A stretch of 64,000 nt of DNA from Eledone cirrhosa (GCA_964016885.1 OZ024743.1:281728001-281792000), one strand, 5' to 3'; counted from the stretch's first letter, positions 1-11,275 are shown. The notes: a model not told the origin generated them from the sequence alone. A program made the numbers and translations.

Positions 1-1896
1 TTTGCCGTGGCACCTCCACGACCACCTTGCGGTGGGGGGTGTGGGGGCATATTGTCTATATGCTTCAGCTTGTGCCCATGGGAGGTCGGGTACTCTGTAT
101 TACTGCGTGACGCCAGAAGTCACGGTCGTGTGTCATTGTCTTTGAGAGATGTAATTGGGTAAGGTTGGCTTTTATCACCTCATCCCAGGTCATCTTGGGT
201 CTCCCCACTCCGCGGTTTCCATCGACTTCTAGTGCTCTGCACCTTTTTATGCAGCTGTCATCCTTCATACGCATCACATATCCATACCAACGCAACCGCC
301 TCTCCTGCACACAGCATTTGATTCCTCTTATGCTCAGTCTCTCTCTCAATTCATTTATGCTTTGTTGTTCACGTATATTACTGTTACACATCCATCGGAG
401 CATGCAGGCTTCGTTTCTCGCTAATCTACGTAAGTCTTCCACCTTCAGCGCCCAGGTCTCACTACCATGCAACATCGCTGTTCGGATACACGCATCATAC
501 AGTCTGCCTTTCATTCTGAGGGAGAAGCCTTTTGCAGCTAGCAGTGGTAGTAGTTCCCTAAACTTCTTCCATCCCGTTCTTACCCTAGTTATTGTACTTT
601 CTGAACACCCACCTCCGTTGCTAAGTCAGTCACCTAGGTAGCAGAAACTGTCTACTGTTTCTACAGGGCCCTCCCAGAGATTGGTGGTACTTGTTTCCTG
701 TGGCCGTTTGCTGCCTCAGCACAGCTGCTGCATGTGAATCCTACATTCTTAATTAAGCTTCCTGAGATCCCGCTACATCTCTCATGTACCCATTGTTTGC
801 ATTTGGGGCAGAGAATGGAGTTCCTACCTACACCTTTCCTACATACTGAGCAAGGCCATTTCCCTGAGGGGATCTGAGTTCTGTTTTCTCGTCTACTTAT
901 AAGGACCTTAGTCTTTGTCATGTTGACTTTGAGACCCTTTCTTTCTAGTCCCTGCTTCCAGGTTTGGAATTTATTCTCTAGTTCTACCATAGATTCAGCT
1001 ATGAGTGCGAGGTCATCAGCATACAGGAGTTCCCATGGGCATCCGGTCTTAAACTCCTCCGTTATTGCCTGCAGGACTATGATGAACAGGAGAGGGCTAA
1101 GAACAGAGCCCTGGTGGACCCCAACCTGTACGCTAAATTCCTCGCTATACTCATTGCTAATCATAACTTTGCTGACTGCTCCCCTATACATGGCTTGTAC
1201 CGCTTTCACAAGCCATTCATCTACTCCTAGTTTTCTAAGAGCCCACCAGATTACAGCACGTGGAACTCTGTCAAAGGCTTTCACAAGGTCGACAAATGCC
1301 AAGTAGAGTGGCTTACTTTTAGCTAGGTACTTTTCCTGTAATTGCCTCACAAGGAAGAGGGCATCAGTGGTGCCTCTTCCTGGTACAAACCCAAATTGCA
1401 TCTCGTCTATTTTCACCCGGTCCCTAATCAGCTGTGCTATAACTCTTTCTGTTACTTTCATGACCTGGTCCATCAACTTTATACCTCTATAGTTTCCTCT
1501 ATCTAGTGCATCGCCTTTACCTTTGTAGCAGTTGACAATGATGCTACTGCACCAATCTTTTGGTATGGCCCCTTCTAGTATTACCTGGTTAACGATACGT
1601 GTGGTTATAGTGTGACCTACAGACCCAGATGCCTTCAGCATCTCGGCAGCTATACCCGATGGACCGGTTGCCTTCCCCATCTTCATATCTTTGATTGCCT
1701 TACTTACTACGCTGCCGCTGACTTGTACTGCTGGTCCCTCTATAGGGTCTACTTGGGGTAGGGTCTCTTCTTTCCATGCATTCTCCTCATTTAGTAATCT
1801 ATCATAATGACTCTTCCATGCATCTTCTCAGCACTTGTGAGGGCAAGCTCACCTTTATCATTCCGGATACACTTCTCTCCAATGACATCACAACTT
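1..1896 (-). mobile_element. RTE-clade LINE, 5'-truncated and frameshifted (RT, PHD-like finger, thumb); 3' UTR runs off the window start
   Basis: ORFs 661-1686 and 65-514 carry KATGPSG, NYRGIKL, QFGF, KAFD, QGSVLSP, YADD and RRLRWYG. Nearly identical to the reverse complement of 11384-13282, but with 4-bp deletions near 710 and 1825. Confidence 0.95.
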
Positions 1897-1964
1897 ATTA
1901 TATACATATATATAAGCACACAATCATCAATATATATATATACAGAAACTGACCTACATACAAT

Positions 1965-2260
1965 GATATGTGCACACTTCCTAACTGTCCCACCAACAAT
2001 GCAGAAGTGAGCATGAAAGCATATGTGGTTTACAAGGTCATATGTAAAAAATATAGCTCCTTGGATATCAGAAGTAGCGCCCGGATGCTGCACATATGGA
2101 TTAAGGAGAATATGATGAGAGTTTTTTATGTCCAAAAACATCTTGACAGAAGCAATATCCAAGACACTGAGGTCACCATAGAGGTGACAGAAAGGAATGG
2201 GGGTAATTTAAGAATCAAAGAGGCCATTATCATGAAGAAAAAAAACACAGATAGGTAATA
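1965..2260 (+). pseudogene. Decayed GIY-YIG endonuclease fragment of a Penelope-like element
   Basis: VVYKVICKK..(Y)I.SS.R.L..IKE....VQKHL...LRIKEAII follows the Penelope GIY-YIG layout, but the YIG motif is degenerate. Confidence 0.6.
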
Positions 2261-2636
2261 GATTGGCTACTATAATGACTCCACACATGTGTATTTCAGA
2301 CACATAGACCAGTTTAAGAACATCAATCATTCGTTTTTATTTGAACCGTTTCTGTTTCACATTTGAAAAGATGGTAATAACCCTGAAATATCATGTTGAA
2401 ATATACTGGGTAAAACATTATTTTTGTTTAATTTTGTCATCCTTCACCTTTTATATATTTCTATCGCATTGTACTGGCTTTTTGAAACCTATCAGTCATT
2501 TATTACATATCTCATAATGCTTTGTATTAACTATACCATTTTATGTATGTATATATATATCATCATCATCATTTTATGTCCGCTTTTCCCTGCTTGCATA
2601 TATATATATATATATATTATAGTAATAATAATAATG

Positions 2637-3080
2637 ATTTCATTTATTGGCCACAAGGGCCAACATATAGGGGACAATACAAAAGACTGAGACAGTGGGG
2701 TTTTACATATACAACATGTAAACAATAATAACAATAACAAAATATCAATAAAAATACAAGAAAAATTCCCCAATAAGGGGGATGACCACCCAGGGTTCAC
2801 TCAGGTACCCCACCAATCCTGAACGACCCAACGCTTCAAGAGCACCCGGGAAAGGCACCCCTTTCCTCCTCATATTCACCCACCTACAGGCGCATGATCA
2901 GAGTAGGCCCACTCACACGGGCCATTCTCACTACATTCACCCAGCTTTCAGCAAATGCACTGGCGGGGGGGGGGGGGCACTTCTCCCCCCACCCTCACCT
3001 TCCTTTCCAAGTGAAACTTGAAAAAGTTGAGGGATTGGCCGAAGAGAAAAGTGTGTCTTCAGTCCTTTCAACTTGGTCCA
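2637..3080 (-). mobile_element. 3' fragment of a Tx1-like LINE (ORF2 C-terminus and 3' UTR)
   Basis: Diverged match to the 3' end of the element at 36266-36620 (tttattggccacaa...ggacaatacaaa...ttacata; cctacaggc...ggccca...cgggccat...acattcaccca). Minus frame reads FAESWVNVVRMARVSG. Confidence 0.7.
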
Positions 3081-3388
3081 CCATAATAATAAATATATTA
3101 TATATATAAATGTCCATCAGACAACTGATGAAGGCAAATTATCCCCCGATCGTGCTTTCCCCTTATTTATAAATACACTTTATACAGCAACTACACAGCC
3201 CATGTTTCTTCTATATATATCCCTTTAGCATTCACATTTAAATATACTACTATATTTTCATGATAAAGGCTTTACCTCACATAATATCGAATCTATGAGA
3301 TTTTGAAAGTATTTATTTTCAGAACAATACCTTAACATCAGTTTGAGCGACCAGTTACAGCCAGTTTCAACAGAAAGAGGTAGAGAAC

Positions 3389-3423
3389 TCCGACCGACCG
3401 ACCGACCGACCGACCGACCGACC

Positions 3424-3470
<47 letters not shown>
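3389..3470. repeat. (CCGA)n followed by (GT)n microsatellite
   Basis: Seen directly. Confidence 0.95.
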
Positions 3471-3473
<3 letters not shown>

Positions 3474-3547
3474 GTCTACGTCAAAGCATGGCGTCTGATC
3501 CTCTACCAATACTGCCAATCCACTGCCCTTATATAGTAATAATAATA

Positions 3548-3578
<31 letters not shown>

Positions 3579-3893
3579 ATATATATAGTAATAATAGTAC
3601 CAGTAATAAAAGTACCAGTAATGCACTGGGATAATTGCTGGCCTGGTGCCAAAAGTAGAAACAATTATTATTATTATTACTATATATATATTATTATTAC
3701 TATATATATAATATATATATATATTGTATATATTATTATTATTGCTATAAATATATAATATATATAGTACTATATATTATTATTATTACTATATATATAT
3801 TATTATTATTACTATATATAATATATATATTATATATATATTATATATATAGTAATAATAATAATAATATATAATATATATATAGTAATAATA

Positions 3894-4355
3894 ATAATTG
3901 TTTCTACTTTTGGCACAAGGCCAGCAATTACCCAGTGCATTACTGGTACTTTATTTTATCGACCCCGTAAGGATGAAAGGCAAAGTCAACCTCGGCGGGA
4001 TTTGAACTCAGATCGTAAAGGGACGTAACTATGCTGGAAAGCATGGCGTCCGACCCTGCCAATCCACCACCCCATTTGAACTCAGATCATAAAGGGAGGT
4101 AACTCTATGCTTCAAAGCATGGCGCCCGATCCTCTACCGATACTGCCAATCCACCGCTCTTACTAATAATAATAATAATAGTAATAATAATAATAATATA
4201 TAATATATATATATATAATATATATATATATATATAATATATATATAGTAATAATAATTGTTTCTACATTTGGCACAAGGCCAGCAATTATCCCAGTGCA
4301 TTACTGGTACTTTATTTTATCAACCCCGTAAGGATGAAAGGCAAAGTTAACCTCG
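3894..4355 (-). mobile_element. Cluster of tRNA-derived SINE copies (Nin/Deu-like domain): full copy 3894-4072, partial copies 4073-4160 and 4255-4355
   Basis: The minus strand has the B box GAGTTCAAATC and the central GCCTTTCATCCTTACGGGGTCGATAAAAT. An inverted 3' stub lies at 3597-3668. Confidence 0.85.
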
Positions 4356-4440
4356 TAATAATAATATATATATATATATATAATATAAATTAATAAAAAC
4401 AATGAATAAAAACAAAGAACAAGTTCCTTATATTAAAAAA

Positions 4441-4560
4441 TTCATCATTTTACGATCGTTTCTAGGATATATATGTGTGTGTTGGTATGTATATCATATA
4501 GATCTATGTAAAAATATTACAAACTATCAGAGGAAATATACATACCTTCAGAAATGATGA
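4441..4560 (-). ncRNA. Type I hammerhead ribozyme motif (A9 lost by deletion)
   Basis: Minus strand reads UCAUCAUUU-CUGAAGG-(long stem II)-GAAA-CGAUCG-UA-AAAUGAUGA. Confidence 0.7.
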
Positions 4561-4797
4561 GATTTGTTTATTGAAAAAAAAAAAAAAAATTTTATATAAT
4601 AGGTCTGTTTGGGAACATGTTTTGAATTGACCAATAGAAAGTAGTAAGAGGTCAAGTTGATAGAATAGTAATAGTAGATATTTAATTTAGGGGTAGAGGA
4701 GTGCAGACTTATGTTTTGAATGGAAAGAATACTTTGAATGAAAAAAATACTTTGGGGATGAAAAGAGGTCAAGCCGGTGAAGGGTACACGAAAATTT

Positions 4798-5130
4798 GAT
4801 GTTATTAAAGAATAATGTTAAAAACGAAGGAAAGTAAAATTTTAGGGTAAGGGTATTAGTGAGAAATACAAATCTTATTTAAACCACAAGGAATCTAGAT
4901 CTATAACAAGAAATTAAATTAATTGATAGGTATACTTATAGGATAAATTTATATTAATTCATATGGATGTGATAAATAAGAATTAGATGTTATTAAAGAA
5001 TGTTGTTAAAAACGAAGGAAAATAAAATTTTGGGATAAGGTTAGTAGTGAGAAATACGAATCTTATATAAACTACAAGGAATCTAGATTCATAACAGGAA
5101 ATTAAATTAATTTATATGTATACTTTTAGG
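4798..5130. repeat. Diverged direct duplication (period ~189 bp) in the PLE 3' region
   Basis: gatgttattaaagaat...aaggaatctagat...aaattaaattaatt occurs at ~4798 and ~4987. Confidence 0.85.
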
Positions 5131-5262
5131 TATTAATTTTAGGAAAAGAGCTGTAAGAGGGAAATAAAATTATGAAGTTCTCTGTAGTAAAGTACTAATT
5201 ATAGGTTAACTAAATTAAAAAAACTAATTATAATAATATGTAAAATATAAGTGTAAGGTGTA

Positions 5263-6229
5263 TATTAATTAGGTTTATAATATTTGAAGGTTCTTCTAAT
5301 TCTATGATTGCAAGATATAATTAATTCTTGTCGCTTATTTAATAGGATATCCTTAGATTTTATTATTTCAAAAAGTTCCTGGGAGCATAATCTACACTCA
5401 TATCTGTTATTTTGATAAGGGGTGGCCCTTTTGAGCACACTCCAGGTCAGGTTGTAATCGATATTCTTTTTTCTATAATTATTAATTGTTTCAGGGTGTT
5501 GTATTAGCTAATGCAGCATTTTTAAAACCATGTTTGTGGGTATTAAATCTTACTTTAAATTGGTTAGACGTAGCTCCTATATATGAATAAGTGGAGTCCT
5601 TAGTTCTAATTTTGCATTTATAGACTATGTTATTAATAAGACAATTTCCCTTTAATGGGCAATTTCTTTTGTTTCTACAGTTACAACCATTCGTGAATAT
5701 TATATCAGGGGAGTTAGTCAAATTTGGTGTGGAATTTACTCGACTTGTTATATGTGAAGGAGATGGTGGTTTGTTGCGGTTTATTTTAGTATTATGGTTG
5801 GTTTGATGTGTTGGTGGTATATTCGTGTTTTTTTTTACATTTTTATGTGCTGTACGCACTTATATTTTATTGTATATTTTTGGTAGTGGAGTAGGAAAAT
5901 TTGACAGTTGATCTATTTAAAATTTGATGGTATTTATGGTTTGGCGGGAAGTTTTTCTCTAGGATAGTAAAAAAAAATTTAGGGATATTATCTTTAATTT
6001 GTAGATTAAATGGAGCATTATACCAAGTAACCCGTCTATTACGGTTTCGATATTGTTTTTTATATTTATACGATGTATCAGGATGTTTACTAAGAGAGTT
6101 ACTATTAGTGAATTTACTATATATAGGTTTAGTTAGATTTAGGTGTTTAAGTCTGATTATTAGAAATTTTGTTAGTAATGTTGTTAACATATATTGGAGT
6201 ATTAGGATGAAAGGTTTTTTGAAAGTCAT
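5263..6229 (-). pseudogene. Disrupted PLE ORF: RT thumb/linker and GIY-YIG endonuclease
   Basis: ORFs 5867-6229 and 5491-5859, plus an out-of-frame C-terminal segment ~5263-5485. Confidence 0.85.
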
Positions 6230-6453
6230 AGAGAAATTAAGTTTTAGGTTGGTATTTTGGGTGTAGTGTGAGTGGCATTTAGGTGTGGGTTTTTCATTTG
6301 GTGTTTGTTGGTAATATTGGGTTGTATGTTTGAAGTGTTATATCTTTTCATGATATTTGGATTACATTGAGTTCTTCATACGGATTGGACACTACCGTAT
6401 ATTTTGGTAGATTTATCTACATATATATATTATATATATATAGTAATAATAAT

Positions 6454-6487
<34 letters not shown>

Positions 6488-6989
6488 GTATACACGCACA
6501 TACATATAAACACTTGTGCTTTATTATAATGAAGAAGCTGCTACATTAGTAGCAGTGAGGTCAGTGAGGTAGTTTCATGGCTATAATGAAGTATATATCA
6601 CTCTACTCCTGTAGTGGGTTTTGTTTCTCCTGTTGATATAGTAACGCCTATAAAAACTCATATTTATTTCTTTACTTTCATCATAAACAAATTTTACCAT
6701 TCTTCCAAATTTAATATCAAAATAAGAAAACAAAATGTCCTCTTATTGAGAAAGGTATCCATTCTGATTTTATTAAATACTGCTTTATTGTCTTCACTTT
6801 GAAAGTCTCAAAGTGGTGAAGGAACAATTGTATATATGGTTACCTCTTTTAACAATATTTCCCTTACTGAGAGATCACTATTGAAGATTTATATTTTGTA
6901 ATGCGTCAGTGAGTTTTGCTCCTTTTCCACTTATCTTGCATCCCTTAGACTCGGTTTCCTATCAGGTTGCTTCACCACACCTCTTATTA

Positions 6990-7150
6990 TCTCTCACTAA
7001 AACACATCCTGTCATCACAGGTGTTCCTCAGCATTAGTTATGTCTCTCACTAGAACACATCCTGTCATCACAGGGGTATCTCAGCATTAATGATATCTCT
7101 CACTAAAACATATCCTATCATCACAGGTGTTCCTCAGCATTAGTTATGTA
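6990..7150 (+). repeat. Three tandem ~53-bp units, probably inside an old LINE RT remnant
   Basis: tctctcactaaaacacatcctgtcatcacaggtgttcctcagcattag x3; translates to PVITGVPQ, resembling the RT GVPQG motif. Confidence 0.7.
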
Positions 7151-7226
7151 TCACACTCTTCCTTTCTATTCAACAACTTAGTATTATTCTAAAAGTTCAG
7201 ACTATAAAACACTCTTTTAGATCATA

Positions 7227-8148
7227 CTAGCAGTGGTACCCGGCGTTGCACAGGATAAGGTATTTTGGAACGTGGGCCGCCAACAGACCTAATCGTGGAA
7301 AAACTGCATGCCTGGACAATATGTAAAGAAAATAAACCGAATACTCTGATGGCTGGATAATCTTTAAGATTTTCCTCAATGAAGCAGGAAAAATGCAGGT
7401 TTTCACCTCGGAGATCAAGAAAATAATTTTTTTTTATGTGCATAATATGCCTTGAAATTTCGGGAAAATCGGCTAGATGTAACGCCTCCAAAAAGCCCTA
7501 AAAAGCTGGAAAAAAATGAAGTTTTTTCCCTAATGCGGGTCCTAGGCCATAAAAAAAGTTGGATTTTCTTTGCTCACGGTATGAAGAAGAGACTGTCTAA
7601 TACATAGTTACAATTTCAAGGAAATCGGTCTGACGTAACACCTCAAAAACCCCTAAAAAGCTTTAAAAACGCAGGTTTTCACCTAATGGGGGCCCTAGGA
7701 GATCAAAAAGTTGAATTTCTTATGTGTATAACACTCCCTGAAACATAAGTAATATACATGTAAAGTTTGAAAAAGATCGGTTGGGTACTTCTCGAGTTTT
7801 AGGGATTCAAACTCACAGACACACCCACACACCCAGAGACAGACATCCTCAGGGAACTGACGTAATGCAGACAGCCAGACATACAGACAGATATTATAAG
7901 GGCGCGACGTTATATATATGAATCTATCTAAAAAGAGAAAGACTAAGAATTATATATAGAGATCGCTAAATCGCCTAATGCGGTCCCTAGGATATTGAAA
8001 ATTTGAAATTCTTTTTGCTCAGAACACTCCCTGAAACATATGTATTACATGTGTAAAGTTTGAAAACAGTCGGTTGGGTGCTTCTCGAGTTTTAGGGATT
8101 CAAACTCACACACACACAGACAGACATCTTCAGTTTTATATATATAGA
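7227..8148 (-). mobile_element. Non-autonomous Helitron
   Basis: Minus strand starts TCTATATATATAAAACTG and ends gtgcaacgccgggtaccactgCTAG|T. Same termini as 43204-43801. The 5' segment is internally duplicated (7730-7852). Confidence 0.85.
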
Positions 8149-8619
8149 CTAGCAGAAAACCACCCGGTGGACGGTTTTCTGCTAGCAAATCTAGTGTATA
8201 TACTGATATTGTTGAGATTTGGATGAGAAATGTTTTCGGCACCACATGTTCACCGTCTCTCGGTGTGTCTTTTATGCATGTATAAATATATATGTTATCT
8301 ATACAGTGAAATAAATATATGTTAAAACGAAAAAGGAGAAAAAGAGATTAGTGACGGAAATATAAACGTTATGATACATAAACGTTATGATATAACGATG
8401 GAAATATATAAACGTTTACGATAAAACGATGGAAATAGAAACGTTTATATATAATGATAAGCCGAAACACTCGTAAAGCGAAACGTATAAATAAAGATTA
8501 ATGTAATGAATTTGAAAAACAGAGATTTGAAACCGCATCTATTTGTTTCCTTGGCATTTTTTACAGACGGACAGACAGACAAACAAACAGAGAAATACCC
8601 ATTATATATTATAAGTAGA
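8149..8619 (-). mobile_element. Second Helitron-like element abutting the first head-to-tail
   Basis: CTAG plus GC-rich hairpin at 8149-8185; the minus-strand 5' end is TCTACTTATAATATAT followed by (TCTG)n. Confidence 0.65.
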
Positions 8620-8869
8620 CTTGGCATGGTGTCAAGTCAGAACCGCCTCGAACTGGTTACTTATGGCTTGTGCAAGGTGTCTCTATAGCAACCAGCGATT
8701 CCCTCGGCCTCAGTGACCAAAGTCAGTGGAGAGGGGAAGGTAATGTTTCTATAGCGACAATGTTTCTCTTGGTAGTACCAAAGTGGAGAAAGGAAGGGGA
8801 AGGTAATATTTCTGTAGCACCTACATTTGAGTTTTAGGGAAGGACAGACAGACAAACATAGAAATGCCC

Positions 8870-9040
8870 ATATATTACACACACAGAAATGTATATATAT
8901 TTCTATATATATATTACACACACAGAAATGTATATATATTTCTGTGTGTATATATATATATATATTACACACACAGAAATGTATATATATTTCTGTGTGT
9001 GTATATATATATTACACACACAGAAATGTATATATATTTC
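8870..9040. repeat. Four-copy minisatellite with self-complementary units
   Basis: tattacacacacagaaatgtatatatatttct(gtgtgt) repeated. Confidence 0.85.
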
Positions 9041-9161
9041 TTAGAACAAAATTATTATTAATGTTTTGCTGTTCATAACAATTGGAATTGAAAAATTACT
9101 TTTGAAATTATTAGTTATTTTACTAATGCTTAGATATGTAAAAATGAAGCAATGTTTCTAA

Positions 9162-9353
9162 TAATTGTTTCTACTTTTGGCACAAGGCCAGCAATTACCC
9201 AGTACATTACTGGTACTTTATTTTATCGACCCCGTGAGGATGAAAGGCAAAGTTAACCTCGGCGGTATTTGAACTCAGACCGTAAAGGGACGTAACTCCA
9301 TGCTATGAAGCATGGTGTCCGACTCTCTACAGATTCTGCCAATCCACCGCCCT
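9162..9353 (-). mobile_element. tRNA-derived SINE (Nin/Deu-like domain)
   Basis: Full copy with A box TGGCAGAATCTG, B box GAGTTCAAATA and the central domain. Confidence 0.9.
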
Positions 9354-9723
9354 AATGTCTGTACGTAATGAGGGAGTGAGAGGGGAGAGAAAGAAAGGCA
9401 GAGGTGAAGTGACGGACTCTCCTCCTCCTCCTCCATCTCCCCATTCGTCACAGCGATAGAGGGGAGGAATGTTAGTGTGTTACAAAGAGAAAGAGTGAGA
9501 GTGAGAGAAACAGACAGACTAAAAGAGAGGGATAGCTGGAGAGAGAGAGAGAGAGATAGCAACCGCGCGCGCACGTGTTTCCACTGTCGGACAGAGAGAC
9601 AGAGAAATTACTGGTTATATATTATAAGGAGATATCGGCTGAATATCCAGCTTCTAGACCCTTCCTGTAAAACTAGCATTTTATTCAGATATACCTCATC
9701 CACTCTTCATTATATATATATAC

Positions 9724-10288
9724 TAGCAGCTGAGCCCGGTTGCACCCGGGGCCACTTTTTATTAAGTTAATAATTTGAAAAATATTATTGAAAGTTTATT
9801 ATAAAGAAGCAGTTTCGTGAAAAAAAATAGAAATATGCACTTGGGGCTGGACGGCGTACAATGAGAAGCGTTGTTTATTAACAGCGAAATAGCAATGTCG
9901 ATGATATGCAAGTTTAAAAATGCATCTTATGAAGGTTTGTATGATAGTTTACACTTTTTCCTGAAACTGCTTCTTTATAATAAACTTTCAATAATATTTT
10001 TCAAATTATTGGTACTGTATGTTAACAGCGAAAGAACGTTGATGAGTTTAAAAATTTGTATGAAATTGTAAATAAGACAAAAGTATTAGAACAGGGGGAA
10101 ATAACTCACCGAACGCGATAGTTTTGGGGCCCCAGGGACCACATTTTTCAAGTTAGAGATTTGAAACCTCGTCTATTTGCTTCCTTGGCACTTTTTACAT
10201 AGGTGTGTAAATTTTCATGTCAGTCCGACCATGTCTACTACCATTTAACCGTGCACATCTGAATTTCAACCACCGCCCATGTCACAAA

Positions 10289-10290
<2 letters not shown>
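9724..10290 (-). mobile_element. Helitron-like non-autonomous element
   Basis: CTAG at 9724 with hairpin cccgg-ttgcac-ccggg; shares agagatttgaaacc...tccttggca with 8521-8560. The 5' boundary is uncertain. Confidence 0.55.
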
Positions 10291-10329
<39 letters not shown>

Positions 10330-10378
10330 ATCAACTCCTAAATATTACTGGAATTCTATAAGAATCCAGCTTCTATAA

Positions 10379-10471
10379 TTTTCGGCAAAGGCAGGGGAGT
10401 GTGTGGTCTTGATAAATGCCAATAAGCGAGAAACAGACTGTCGATCACTCTCCCTTTGTTTTTGCCGAAAA
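10379..10471 (+). ncRNA. Type I hammerhead ribozyme motif, U3:A8 core variant
   Basis: GUGGUC-UUGAUAA-augccaauaagcga-GAAA-CAG-a-CUG-UC-GAUCAC, with a long stem I closed by UUUUCGGCAAA/UUUGCCGAAAA. Confidence 0.7.
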
Positions 10472-10544
10472 TAAGTAAGTGACATTGTCACTACTTTAAA
10501 ACTCATAGCGAATGGTCTTCCAAAATGATTTCAATTAAACACAG

Positions 10545-10690
10545 TATATTACCAAATATACTATACATATATATATATATATATTATATTACCAAATATA
10601 CTATATATATATATATATATATTATATTACCAAATATACTATATATATATATATATATATATAGTATATTACCAAATATACTATATATAT
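10545..10690. repeat. Four copies of tattaccaaatatact separated by (TA)n
   Basis: Seen directly; it reiterates the end of the HHR-bearing repeat upstream. Confidence 0.85.
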
Positions 10691-10758
10691 ATAAAATATT
10701 AAACATAAAATATTAAACAAATAATGAATAAACAATTCCTTATATTAAACAAAAAAAG

Positions 10759-10912
10759 TTCATTATTTAACGATCGTTTCTAGGATATATATGTGTTAGA
10801 ATTGGTATGCATATTCAACAGATCTATGTACAAAATTATACAAAATTATACAAATTATCAAGATTAAATATACATACCAACACATATATACGCCGTCTTC
10901 AGAAATAATGAA
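10759..10912 (-). ncRNA. Mirror copy of the hammerhead ribozyme motif on the minus strand
   Basis: Reverse complement of 10919-11072. Confidence 0.8.
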
Positions 10913-10918
10913 TAATAA

Positions 10919-11072
10919 TTCATTATTTCTGAAGACGGCGTATATATGTGTTGGTATGTATATTTAATCTTGATAATTTGTATAATTTTGTATAATTTTG
11001 TACATAGATCTGTTGAATATGCATACCAATTCTAACACATATATATCCTAGAAACGATCGTTAAATAATGAA
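10919..11072 (+). ncRNA. Type I hammerhead ribozyme motif with ~115-nt stem II
   Basis: UUCAUUAUUU-CUGAAGA-(stem II)-GAAA-CGAUCG-UU-AAAUAAUGAA; 10-bp stem I. Confidence 0.8.
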
Positions 11073-11275
11073 CTTTTTTTGTTTAATATAAGGAATTGTT
11101 TATTCATTATTTGTTTAATATTTTATCTTGACTCTGTATACCGTTTATCTTTCACCGAAAGTGATTTTTCATTACATCTCTTCTTTCCATGATATCCGGA
11201 ATACATTGAGTTCTTCATACGGATTGGACACTACCGTAAACTCTTGGTAGATTTATCTACATATATATATATATA

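Larger units (their letters stand above)
4385..6421 (-). mobile_element. 5'-truncated Penelope-like element (C-terminal GIY-YIG), with HHR-bearing 3' repeat and an inverted tail at 6345-6421
   Basis: Minus-strand translation RRVTWYNAPF...NRSTVKFSYS; CNCRNKRNCPLKGNC, IVYKC, SYIGATS, FKVRFNTH; then WSVLKRATPY..CRLCSQE..LNKRQELIISCNHR. Flanked by (TA)n. Confidence 0.88.
10705..11262. mobile_element. Penelope-type terminal repeat as a fold-back palindrome (arms 10705-10913 and 10918-11126) plus a one-sided tail to 11262
   Basis: Arms are reverse complements with a 4-nt loop. Arm homologous to 4385-4560; tail homologous to 6345-6421. Confidence 0.88.

Noticed and set aside
3112-3175. CTGATGA as a hammerhead core (hairpin catcag-acaa-ctgatg)
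   Set aside because: No downstream GAAA or stem III; at most a truncated remnant.
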